Below, piece by piece: positions 31,409 to 40,635 of a stretch of 64,000 nt of DNA. A program made the translations under genes and the position numbers. This stretch comes from Bacteroidia bacterium (lineage in GTDB: Bacteria; Bacteroidota; Bacteroidia; UBA4408): the NCBI GenBank assembly GCA_044238735.1, contig JBIICS010000002.1, forward strand, positions 3,090 through 67,089, written 5' to 3'. The notes beneath the pieces were generated by a model. The model was not told where the DNA came from, searched no databases, and saw nothing but the letters and a program-made list of their open reading frames with translations. Position 1 is the stretch's first letter; every line of letters begins with the position of its first letter.

Positions 31409-33340
31409 TTAGTAATGAAAAGTCCAATTAATCCCAATTCTGATGGCTCTGTCGTGCATGGGTAAATTGGTTAATGTAAAATAATTATTACCAATTAAAC
31501 CGGCGTTTAAATGCTCCACCTTAAAAAACAGTTTAAAAGTGGAAACTTTAAAATTTAAGAAAAAGTCTAAATATGGGTAATTGTTTATAACGCCATTCGA
31601 TAAAAAATAATTTGCCAGAACCGGGTTATAAGCCAATCCTTCAGTGCCGGATAAATACCTTAAATCAAACCCAATTTGTCCTAATGTTGATTTTTTAAAA
31701 ACCCTATTCTCCAAATAAAGGCTGTTAAACGTAATTATACGGGGTATTCTTAGCGCATCAAAGGAGGTGGCATTATAAATAAAATTGACATTTAAATGAA
31801 ATTTGTTAATTGAAAAATGTTTAATAACATGAATCGATAGTAAGTCTTGTGTTTTTGATAATTGTTTGGGTTTTGAGGCAAAATCAAAATAAATGAAATT
31901 ATCAAATAAACGATAGGCTATCTTAGCTTCTAATCTTAATTGACGGTTTCGATAACCGGTTTCTATATTTGTTAGATTAATGTTTACAAAACTATCCGAA
32001 CTAAATATAAGTGCATTGGCAAAATAGTTAGTTTGAAAGTAATCGGGCCTTCGAGAAGATAAGTTGGCGTTTAAAAAAACCGAACCAGAAGTGCCAACAT
32101 TGCTTAATACATTATCCAAATTAACTATTCGATCGCCCTGATTATAACCTGAAATAATGTATTGAGCATTTAACAGTGTTTTAACTCTGCCCGAGTCTGG
32201 TGAATAACAAAGGTTTAGATCGATTAATGAGTTATAGTCGCTTTTTCCTCCGGTATACTTCGATTTCAGTTTGCCAGTTCCGTTAATTTCAGAGCGACTG
32301 TAGTTTAAGGCATCAAACCATTCTAAACCGCTCTTTACAGACCATCGTAGCTTTCGCTTAGCACCATTTGTGTTAAATTCATTTGTTTCGAAGCCAACAT
32401 AGGTATTCAATATATTAGATACGGTTGAATCATTAGTGTATAAACTATCATAGTTTAGAGTGTTATAAAATGTTTTATCATTCAGGGGGTCAAAATATTT
32501 TTTGGCAGAGCGCGTAATTTTACCTTCCATAAATATTCGTGCTGTATAGGTTTCTGTTTTATTAATGGTATCGCTTCGAGTTGTTTTCCAAAGATTAAAG
32601 TAGGGTTTAAAGTAAGCCCCATAAAGCCATCTGTTGTTTTGGGCTCCGGTATTATTTACGTTAAGCAACGATTTATTTCCAAACCCAATGGTTTCAAACG
32701 ATGAGTCGGGAACAATTCCCCAATTTTCATAGGCTACAAGTTTGTTATAAGTAACATTACTTAAGTATGCAAATCTATTGCTCTTACTTTGTCCGCTCGA
32801 AAAAAAAACTACATTATTGTAAGAACTATTTTGCCTGGCAAAGAAACCATCACTTTTAACTCTGTTGTAAACAAAACCTATGTTAACAAGCGGATTCAAG
32901 TTTTGTGTATGGGTTATCTTTATTACTTGCTCTTTCTTAGATCCCTGAACATAATCAACAGAAGTAAAAGGTTTACGTGTGTTATAATACGTAACTTCAT
33001 CCGGGTTTATAAAATAAATTCCAAATACAGATTTCTCTGTTCTAAATCCCAGTTTATATTCACTTGAAGGTAAAATGCTACGAACAGCTAAGCCTATATT
33101 TCCAGCAAATGTGTTTGTTATGGAGTTTTTAAAAGCGGGTTGATAAATTTGAATGTTGTTTATTCCGGTATCCCGAGCATTCCATTTATTAATACTAAAA
33201 CTAAAAAAAGGTTTATCTAATGAAGAATAGGTAAAAACGGTATCTCCTCCCTCAAGCCCCCATAGATTAGAGCTGCTAAGCACACATACTAAAAAAAACA
33301 GGAATGTAATATTTTTCATAAGGGCCCTCAAAGATACCAT
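31409..33340 (-). CDS. Hypothetical 643-aa secreted outer-membrane protein, probably a beta-barrel (putative-porin-like), first gene of the adhesin operon
   Basis: Signal peptide MKNITFLFFLVCVLSSSNLWG; Tyr/Asn/Phe-rich strands; C-terminus INWTFHY. Confidence 0.5.
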   Translation of the reverse strand: MVSLRALMKNITFLFFLVCVLSSSNLWGLEGGDTVFTYSSLDKPFFSFSINKWNARDTGINNIQIYQPAFKNSITNTFAGNIGLAVRSILPSSEYKLGFRTEKSVFGIYFINPDEVTYYNTRKPFTSVDYVQGSKKEQVIKITHTQNLNPLVNIGFVYNRVKSDGFFARQNSSYNNVVFFSSGQSKSNRFAYLSNVTYNKLVAYENWGIVPDSSFETIGFGNKSLLNVNNTGAQNNRWLYGAYFKPYFNLWKTTRSDTINKTETYTARIFMEGKITRSAKKYFDPLNDKTFYNTLNYDSLYTNDSTVSNILNTYVGFETNEFNTNGAKRKLRWSVKSGLEWFDALNYSRSEINGTGKLKSKYTGGKSDYNSLIDLNLCYSPDSGRVKTLLNAQYIISGYNQGDRIVNLDNVLSNVGTSGSVFLNANLSSRRPDYFQTNYFANALIFSSDSFVNINLTNIETGYRNRQLRLEAKIAYRLFDNFIYFDFASKPKQLSKTQDLLSIHVIKHFSINKFHLNVNFIYNATSFDALRIPRIITFNSLYLENRVFKKSTLGQIGFDLRYLSGTEGLAYNPVLANYFLSNGVINNYPYLDFFLNFKVSTFKLFFKVEHLNAGLIGNNYFTLTNLPMHDRAIRIGINWTFHY

Positions 33341-33378
33341 AAATCTTAACTTCTTGAACGATAATAAGCAACTCTAAA

Positions 33379-36300
33379 TTGCAGTTGAGTTCCAACAATG
33401 AAGTGTTCATAATTGTGGAGTTTGGCCTACCCCTCGTCCTGATGCGCTGTTTAAATTTGCTATGTATGTTGCGTCGTATACTCTTTACATTTTTAGTAGT
33501 TATTTTTATCTCAGCAGGAATTTTTGGCTATCTCTATTATCAGAAGTTAAAAGTTCCTACTGCAGCTGCAATTAATGCAATTCCTACAAATGCATCATTG
33601 CTCATTCAAATTAAAAAAGCAAACAGGGTTTGGCAGTCGCTTAAAGACAATAATTTAATTTGGAAAGATTTGATCGCAACACCATACTTTACCCAAATAA
33701 ACGACTATTCAACATGGCTGGATAGTTTAATAAACGAGCACAGTGGGCTAGAGGATGCATTGGAAAATAGTTCACTTTTCATTTCTTATCACGAGGCCGA
33801 TAGTTTAAACTCGGGCTTTCTATTTAGCGTGAGCACTCCTCCTGATGTAGAAGAGAAATATCTCGATGAGATTGTTAAAACTAGTGTAGGTCCATCCAAT
33901 TATTTTTCTCAGCGAGTAAGTGGGGGCACCATAATTTATGAAACTAAGAATAAAATCAACAATAAAGTATTTTCTTATGCAATAAAAAAAGGGGTTTTTG
34001 TAGCCAGCTTTAATCCTAAGATTATCGAATTAGCGATTGAACAATTAAATGCAACCACTTCTTTATTAAATAATGTAGACTTTGATCGGGTATACAAAAC
34101 CATTAATACCGAATCAGAAATAAACCTCATTTATAATTATAAACTAACATTTAAATCTATAACTCCATTTTTAAATGACTCTGCTTCTGTGCGGTTCAGT
34201 CACCTCAACAATTTTGCAGAATGGTCTGCCCTTGATTTAAAATCAAAAGCAAACAGTATCAACTTAAATGGTCTTTCAGTATGTAATGAAAAAAGTAATA
34301 ATTTCCTTCAGTTATTTAGCGACCAATTGCCCAAGAAATTTGGTGCCCATCATGTAATGCCGGTAAATACTGCATCCTTTCTTTTATATAATTTCAGCAA
34401 TTTTAGAACATATATAAATGGTTATAACGATTACCTAAAGAAGAATCAGATTGCGCAGAAAAACGCTTCAGGATTTGATGCAAATCCATATCTGCAACAG
34501 GTTTTGGGTAATGAATTGGCAGCTTTTGTTACCGAAAAAAATAGTGATGCCATTGATGATAATGAAAATGCTTTTTTAATTATTAAACCTTTTGCTCTAA
34601 ATTCAGCTATTGCGGTTCTGGATAAAATTTCTGAAAAGGCAAATTTTAAGGTTAATAAAAGCGCCGAGGAAACAAGTGTAAAGTCAGATAATAACGAAGT
34701 AGAAACGCTTGTTAATACAGAGGAATCATCAAATGATGAGAATATACGGGAAAACGATTCTTTAAAATTAGCCGAAGTGAAAGAAAAGAGTATTGAAGTA
34801 AGAAAGATTAACTTAAAAGGTAATTGGGAGGCTTTGTTGGGAGAAGATTTTGGACTGGTTACCGAAAACTATTTTGCTGTTATTGGCGAATATGTGTTGT
34901 TTGGTAACTCTGCTAATTCGATAAATGAAGTTATAAAATCGTATCAAAATAAAAACACTTTAGCCAATAGCGAAAATTACAAGGTTTTTACAGAAAGCTT
35001 AAGCGACAATGCATCTATTTTTATCTATTCAAATGTCCCTCGATCCGAGTTTCTTTATAATTCCAGGTTAGGTGTTCATACGCTTAAATTACTGGAGCCT
35101 TATCGAGACTTATTGCAAAAATTTGAGGGAGTTGGCATCCAGTTTTCTGCTAATAAAGGATTATTTTATACCAATATATTTATTAAACACAATCCGGTTT
35201 ATAAAAAAGAAACCAATTCCCTTTGGGAGGTTAGTTTGGATGCTCCTGTTGCTATTAAACCAAAAGTTGTAAATAATCATATTAATCAATCTAAAGAAAT
35301 TATAGTGCAAGATACAGATGGAACTTTATATTTAATAGATAATAAAGGTCAGATCTTATGGAAGAATAAATTAGAGGAAATTATTTTATCAGAAATAATT
35401 CAGATAGATAAATTTAAGAACAATAAGTTGCAGTATGTTTTTAATACTCGAAACTATATTTATTTGATAGATCGTAACGGCGATTTCTGTGAGGGCTTTC
35501 CCGTTAAACTTAAATACCCGGCCACCAATGCAATTTCAGTATTCGATTATGAAAAAACACGCGATTACCGTTTTATGATTGCCTGTGATAATAGAAGGGT
35601 TTATAATTACGATGCAAATGGCGAAAACGTTATGGGATGGGAATTTACATTAATGAAAAACCAGGTAATTCATCCTGTTCAACACTTTATAATCGACGGA
35701 AAAGACTATATAATTGCAATAGATAAATCGGGTGAAATACGTTTGGTAGATCGAAAGGGTAAATCAATAATAGAATTCAATCAAAAAGTTCCGGTTGCTC
35801 AAAACGCTGAAATATTTATTGATAAAGGTAAAGAGCTTAGTTCGTCATATTTAATTGCATCCGATTCTCTGGGTCGTGTTCTAAAATTCAGATTTAACGA
35901 TCGCTTGGATATCATCGAAATAAAAGGTGCCGGTAAAAATCATTTCTTCGATTATAAGGATATTAATGATGATGATAAGCGAGATTACATTTTTGCAGAT
36001 GGTAATGAGCTATATGTTTATGATCAGGATCAGAACGAGATGTTAAATTTTAAAGCTAAATCTTCTATAACCGCTAAGCCACAGTTCTATCTGTTTCCTA
36101 ACGGAGAAAGTAAAATTGGAATAGTCTCTAGCAAAGCAAACCAAATTTATCTGGTTAACAATAAAGGACAGTTGGAAAGAGGTTTCCCAAAATACGGTAG
36201 CACATCCTTTTCTATTAGTGATATTAATAACGATCGTGTATTTAATATTGTGGTAGGAAGCGCCGATAAAAGCGTATATACTTATTCAATTGACGAATAG
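33379..36300 (+). CDS. Membrane-anchored protein with C-terminal PQQ/BamB-like beta-propeller repeats (973 aa as annotated; the likely true start is the ATG at 33463 giving MLRRILFTFLVVIFISAGIFGYLYY... as a signal-anchor)
   Basis: Single N-terminal TM helix. C-terminal blades recur with period about 45 aa (TLYLIDNKGQILW, YIYLIDRNGDF, RVYNYDANGENVMGWEF, EIRLVDRKGKSI, ELYVYDQDQNEML, QIYLVNNKGQLERGFP). Confidence 0.55.
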   Translation: MQLSSNNEVFIIVEFGLPLVLMRCLNLLCMLRRILFTFLVVIFISAGIFGYLYYQKLKVPTAAAINAIPTNASLLIQIKKANRVWQSLKDNNLIWKDLIATPYFTQINDYSTWLDSLINEHSGLEDALENSSLFISYHEADSLNSGFLFSVSTPPDVEEKYLDEIVKTSVGPSNYFSQRVSGGTIIYETKNKINNKVFSYAIKKGVFVASFNPKIIELAIEQLNATTSLLNNVDFDRVYKTINTESEINLIYNYKLTFKSITPFLNDSASVRFSHLNNFAEWSALDLKSKANSINLNGLSVCNEKSNNFLQLFSDQLPKKFGAHHVMPVNTASFLLYNFSNFRTYINGYNDYLKKNQIAQKNASGFDANPYLQQVLGNELAAFVTEKNSDAIDDNENAFLIIKPFALNSAIAVLDKISEKANFKVNKSAEETSVKSDNNEVETLVNTEESSNDENIRENDSLKLAEVKEKSIEVRKINLKGNWEALLGEDFGLVTENYFAVIGEYVLFGNSANSINEVIKSYQNKNTLANSENYKVFTESLSDNASIFIYSNVPRSEFLYNSRLGVHTLKLLEPYRDLLQKFEGVGIQFSANKGLFYTNIFIKHNPVYKKETNSLWEVSLDAPVAIKPKVVNNHINQSKEIIVQDTDGTLYLIDNKGQILWKNKLEEIILSEIIQIDKFKNNKLQYVFNTRNYIYLIDRNGDFCEGFPVKLKYPATNAISVFDYEKTRDYRFMIACDNRRVYNYDANGENVMGWEFTLMKNQVIHPVQHFIIDGKDYIIAIDKSGEIRLVDRKGKSIIEFNQKVPVAQNAEIFIDKGKELSSSYLIASDSLGRVLKFRFNDRLDIIEIKGAGKNHFFDYKDINDDDKRDYIFADGNELYVYDQDQNEMLNFKAKSSITAKPQFYLFPNGESKIGIVSSKANQIYLVNNKGQLERGFPKYGSTSFSISDINNDRVFNIVVGSADKSVYTYSIDE

Positions 36301-36386
36301 AAGCTCCCACCAATCAATTCGAAAATTCAAAAAATAAGTTAAAATTTAATATTACTTTTGCGTTTTAATTTTTAAACAAAAATCAG

Positions 36387-38063
36387 ATGAGGGTTAATTC
36401 TTATTTTAAAACAGTTACCGCTATAATATTAATGGGAGTTCTTTTTATCCAAGCCTGTGTTAAGGAGGAGTATGATTTCTCAAAGGTTTCGGTGCGTGAT
36501 TGGGATCCAAAGCTTGCAATTCCTCTGGTTAATTCTAATCTTACTATAAACGATATATTACTGAATGCAGACAAGCAGGGAGCTATATCGGTAGGTTCAG
36601 ATGGTTTTTGTACCCTAATTTATCGGGGTAATTTATTTTCCGATGAGGCCGGAAGATTTTTAAATATTCCCAATCAAAATTTATCGCCTTTAAGTTATAA
36701 TTTTACAAATACTTTGCCGGTAGGTACCTTTAATGCAGGTTCTAACGGTAGCAATTATGGTCCTTACACTCAAAATGGAAGTTATACGTTAACTTCTTCC
36801 TATGCCATAGATTCATTGTATTTAAAACCGGGTACAAAATTCAGATTGGCATACAACAATACGTTGCCCGCAGATTTAAATATTACATTAACCGTTAACT
36901 CACTTAAAGATCAAAATACAACCTCAACCTTTTCTAAAGCTATATCTATTCCTGCCAATACCAACTCTTTTGTTGAATATGATTTAGGGGGGTATATACT
37001 TAACCTAAATGACGGATTTGGTAATAGAAATATCTTAAATCTTAATTATTCACTTACTATGACCAAAAAGGGAAATGCGAGCGGCAGTGAAAGTATTTCC
37101 TTAACGCCTTCCATTAATAATATTAAGTTTTCGACCTTTATTGGTTCAATCGGAAATCTGGCAAATGCCATTTCGCCCTATCAGGATACAATTTCCATTT
37201 CTATATTTAGAGATGCATCAACGCTCGGTGGAGGTACTTTTACAATAGTAGATCCCTCGGTTGAGGCTAAAATTACCAGCTACCTCGGTTGTAATGTTAA
37301 ACTTTCTTTTGATAGATTAGATGCCTTTACTCCTGATGCTAATAACAATAATACCAATAGTAATGTGCTTACTGGAACGTCTTCTACTCAAAATATAAAT
37401 ATAAATGGGGCCACTAGCTTCACTGTGCCTGGATTCTCCGATTTAATAATAAATAAAAATAATACGCCAAACGTAGTTCCTTTTATTAACTCTCAACCTA
37501 AAAATGTTATTTATAAAGTGAATGCAATAACAAACCCTGGCGTAACCGGCTATGTTCGTAATTTCTTTACCGATACCAGTAAGTTTAAAGTAGATTTTGA
37601 CATTATAATGCCCATGTGGGGAACCGCTTCTAACTTTGCTTTGCTGGACACAACTCCTGTTGATCTGGGTGATTTAAGTCAAATTAATAGCATAACCCTT
37701 AGAACCTATTTTAATAATGAGTTCCCTGTTGATATGGCAGTAGAAATGGTTTTTGTAGATTCCTTGTTCAAACCTGTTTTTACTTTTATTCCTGCCGGTA
37801 CAACTGTTATAAAGGGTTCTAGCGTAGATGCTGTAAGCGGAAAGTTGATTTCGAGTACAGAACTTCGTAATGATTATATAATCGATCGTACCGGAATTCA
37901 GAATCTGAAAAATGTAAAAAAACTGATTATAAAAGCTAAAGTAAGTACAAGTAAAGATGCCGGTGGAAATCAGCCAAACGTTAAGTTTTATAATTTTTAT
38001 AAACTTAATGCGCGCGTTGGTTTGCAAGTTCAACCTATTCTTAATTTCAGTACCGGTCAATAA
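36387..38063 (+). CDS. Hypothetical surface lipoprotein (558 aa)
   Basis: Lipobox MGVLFIQAC, then Asn/Thr/Ser-rich beta-rich sequence. Confidence 0.5.
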   Translation: MRVNSYFKTVTAIILMGVLFIQACVKEEYDFSKVSVRDWDPKLAIPLVNSNLTINDILLNADKQGAISVGSDGFCTLIYRGNLFSDEAGRFLNIPNQNLSPLSYNFTNTLPVGTFNAGSNGSNYGPYTQNGSYTLTSSYAIDSLYLKPGTKFRLAYNNTLPADLNITLTVNSLKDQNTTSTFSKAISIPANTNSFVEYDLGGYILNLNDGFGNRNILNLNYSLTMTKKGNASGSESISLTPSINNIKFSTFIGSIGNLANAISPYQDTISISIFRDASTLGGGTFTIVDPSVEAKITSYLGCNVKLSFDRLDAFTPDANNNNTNSNVLTGTSSTQNININGATSFTVPGFSDLIINKNNTPNVVPFINSQPKNVIYKVNAITNPGVTGYVRNFFTDTSKFKVDFDIIMPMWGTASNFALLDTTPVDLGDLSQINSITLRTYFNNEFPVDMAVEMVFVDSLFKPVFTFIPAGTTVIKGSSVDAVSGKLISSTELRNDYIIDRTGIQNLKNVKKLIIKAKVSTSKDAGGNQPNVKFYNFYKLNARVGLQVQPILNFSTGQ

Positions 38064-38082
38064 TTTTCTACAGAGTTTTATT

Positions 38083-40536
38083 ATGAAAAAAATAGTAAGT
38101 ATTTTATTTCTTCTTGTTGCCTTTAATGCCCTTGCACAAGACAATTATACCTTGTATAATATGCGAATGGTTCCGCAAAGCCATTACCTAAACCCCTCTT
38201 TTATGCCTCAACAAAAGGTATATGTTGGGATTAGTCCAATTAACATACCCATTATTCCAATTTTACCAATACCCGTTGCTTCCTCTATATACTTTTCTAA
38301 AGGAAATTCAGGGCCACGATTAATCGATTTCCTTTTAAAAGATGGTGATACTACTGTAATTAATTTAGATAATGCAATTAAACGCGCTGCAAAAACAAAT
38401 TATTTAAATCTTAATACTTCTATCGATATCCTCTCTTTTGGATTTAAAGTAAAAAAGAATTATTTCACATTTAACGCTACTAACAAAATATTTACCTCAT
38501 TCAGATACCCTAAAGATATTTTAACATTACTAAATGAAGGTAATGGTGGCGCTAACATAGGTAAAGAACTTAATTTTAATTTTGGCCTGAATGCTAACAT
38601 TTACAATGAAATTGCTCTCGGGTATATGCGGGAATTATTGGAAGAGAAATTGTGGGTAGGAGGTAAAATTAAGCTTTATCAGGGTATTGCTAATGTTCAA
38701 ACAAAAAGAAGTGATTTTAAACTTTTAACCGGTGACACCGCATATGAATGGAATGTAGATGCGGATGCTCAAATAAATTTAGCAGGTGCTCCAGCCAGTA
38801 TTGCGGATTCTAATATTACCGATGACTTTGTGTCTCAAGCAAGTTCTTTTGGAAATATGGGGTTGGGTATCGACTTAGGGGCTACCTACAAAGTAAATGA
38901 TAAAATTACAGCAAGTGCATCAATCATCGATTTGGGTTTCATAAACTATAAAAATTATGTAGCAAACTATAATTTTAAAGGCTCTTTTAGATTTAGTGGA
39001 GTTGATGTAATGAAATTTATTGGAAAAGATTCAACAGATACTACTCAAATAGGAGAGGCTATCATAGACTCCATACAAAATTCATTTAATGGTACTACTA
39101 CATCAAACTCATATAAACAATGGATGCCTGCCCAAATATACATCCAGGGTACCTATAAAATAAACGACTACTTTACTGCTGGTGGTTTGTTGCATACTCA
39201 GTTTTATAATAACAGACCTCATTTGGGGGGGTCATTATCCATGACTACACAAATAAAAAAATGGTTAAATGCAAGTGTGGCCTATAACATGTATAATCGT
39301 TCTTTTGGTAACTTGGGTTTAGGTCTTGGTTTTAACGTTTGGTTTATGCAAACGTATATTATGGCCGATAACGTTTTGGCATTTATGTCTTACAGTAGAT
39401 TTGGGACAAGCGATGGGGGGGCTTATAGCGGATATAGCGTTCCTACCGGATTCAGGAATATTAATTTTAGAGTGGGTTGCAATTGGACATTTGGACGTAA
39501 ACCCAGAGATAAAGATAAAGACGGAATTTTGGATAAGGCTGATAAATGCCCTGATGTTAAAGGTTTGGTAGAATTAAATGGTTGTCCGGATAAAGACGGA
39601 GATAAAGTTGCCGATGCCGAGGATAGATGTCCGGATGTAGCTGGTAAAACTGAATTGAGTGGCTGCCCAGATCAGGATAACGATGGTGTAACCGATTTAG
39701 AAGACGCATGCCCTTCAGAGGCAGGACTTAAAGAAACAAAGGGTTGTCCGGATAAAGACGGTGATGGAATCAAAGACGCTGAAGATGAATGCCCAGGAGA
39801 GGCCGGTATGGCCGAACTTAAGGGTTGTCCGGATAAAGATGAAGATGGAATAGCGGATAAAAATGATCAGTGCCCTGATATAAAGGGTACCGAAGCGTTT
39901 TCAGGATGTCCGGATACTGATAATGACGGCATTTCAGACGATAAAGACTTATGCCCCGAAATAGCAGGTCCAAAAGATAATAAGGGTTGTCCTTACAAGG
40001 ATACTGATAAGGATGGAGTATTAGATAAAGACGATAAGTGTATGGATCAGCCTGGTCCTGCCGAAAATAAAGGCTGTCCGTTAGGCGATGCAGATGGAGA
40101 TGGCGTTACAGATAATAAAGATCAATGCCCAAATACAGCAGGCCCGGCTGATAATAATGGTTGTCCGCGAATTGAAAAAGTAGAGCAAGAAAAGTTGAAC
40201 ACAATATTTGCTAACATTGAGTTTGAAACAGCAATGGACGTTCTAAAAGAATCTTGTTTTGATGAACTTAATGAACTCGCCACTTTATTAAATAAAAAAC
40301 CGGAATGGAGATTGGTAATTGAGGGGCATACAGATAATGTGGGTAATCCTAAATCCAATCTTACTTTATCGCAAAAGCGCTCCGAATCAATAGTTAAGTA
40401 TCTGGTTAATAAAGGTATAGATATTAAGCGGTTAATTCCAAAAGGTTATGGCGATAAAAAACCGATAGCTACAAATAAAACCGAAGAGGGCAGAACCCGA
40501 AACCGAAGGGTAGAAATGAAAGTAATGTTTGAATAG
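38083..40536 (+). CDS. Fusion protein: N-terminal PorP/SprF-like T9SS outer-membrane beta-barrel, about 13 thrombospondin type-3 (TSP3) Ca-binding repeats, and a C-terminal OmpA-like peptidoglycan-binding domain
   Basis: The ATG at 38083 gives MKKIVSILFLLVAFNALAQDNYTLYNMRMVPQSHYLNPSFMP, matching the PorP/SprF N-terminal signature (AQ-D..F/Y-S/T-.Y....NP). Repeats of the form DKDGDG..D..D.CP...G.....GCPD run from about 39500 to 40150. The C-terminal block IEFETA...L.........W.LVIEGHTDNVG....N..LSQKRSESIVKYLV is OmpA_C-like. The track start 37957 would overlap the upstream gene by 107 nt and is rejected. Confidence 0.7.
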   Translation: MKKIVSILFLLVAFNALAQDNYTLYNMRMVPQSHYLNPSFMPQQKVYVGISPINIPIIPILPIPVASSIYFSKGNSGPRLIDFLLKDGDTTVINLDNAIKRAAKTNYLNLNTSIDILSFGFKVKKNYFTFNATNKIFTSFRYPKDILTLLNEGNGGANIGKELNFNFGLNANIYNEIALGYMRELLEEKLWVGGKIKLYQGIANVQTKRSDFKLLTGDTAYEWNVDADAQINLAGAPASIADSNITDDFVSQASSFGNMGLGIDLGATYKVNDKITASASIIDLGFINYKNYVANYNFKGSFRFSGVDVMKFIGKDSTDTTQIGEAIIDSIQNSFNGTTTSNSYKQWMPAQIYIQGTYKINDYFTAGGLLHTQFYNNRPHLGGSLSMTTQIKKWLNASVAYNMYNRSFGNLGLGLGFNVWFMQTYIMADNVLAFMSYSRFGTSDGGAYSGYSVPTGFRNINFRVGCNWTFGRKPRDKDKDGILDKADKCPDVKGLVELNGCPDKDGDKVADAEDRCPDVAGKTELSGCPDQDNDGVTDLEDACPSEAGLKETKGCPDKDGDGIKDAEDECPGEAGMAELKGCPDKDEDGIADKNDQCPDIKGTEAFSGCPDTDNDGISDDKDLCPEIAGPKDNKGCPYKDTDKDGVLDKDDKCMDQPGPAENKGCPLGDADGDGVTDNKDQCPNTAGPADNNGCPRIEKVEQEKLNTIFANIEFETAMDVLKESCFDELNELATLLNKKPEWRLVIEGHTDNVGNPKSNLTLSQKRSESIVKYLVNKGIDIKRLIPKGYGDKKPIATNKTEEGRTRNRRVEMKVMFE

Positions 40537-40557
40537 ACTTACTAATTTTAATAAACA

Positions 40558-40592
40558 AAAACGTCCAATTTAACGATTGGGCGTTTTTGTTT
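40558..40592 (+). terminator. Rho-independent terminator (aaaacgtccaat-ttaacg-attgggcgtttt, one G-U pair) followed by a T-run
   Basis: Seen 22 nt after the stop at 40536. Confidence 0.5.
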
Positions 40593-40635
40593 GTATATTT
40601 TATGTTAAATTTGCGATAACTATAAAACTATAAAG

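Noticed and set aside
37957-38082. Upstream extension of the PorP/SprF-OmpA gene to the track start
   Set aside because: It would overlap the preceding lipoprotein gene by 107 nt. The ATG at 38083 immediately yields a canonical signal peptide. The same logic was applied to the 50727 versus 50784 and 54795 versus 54855 starts.
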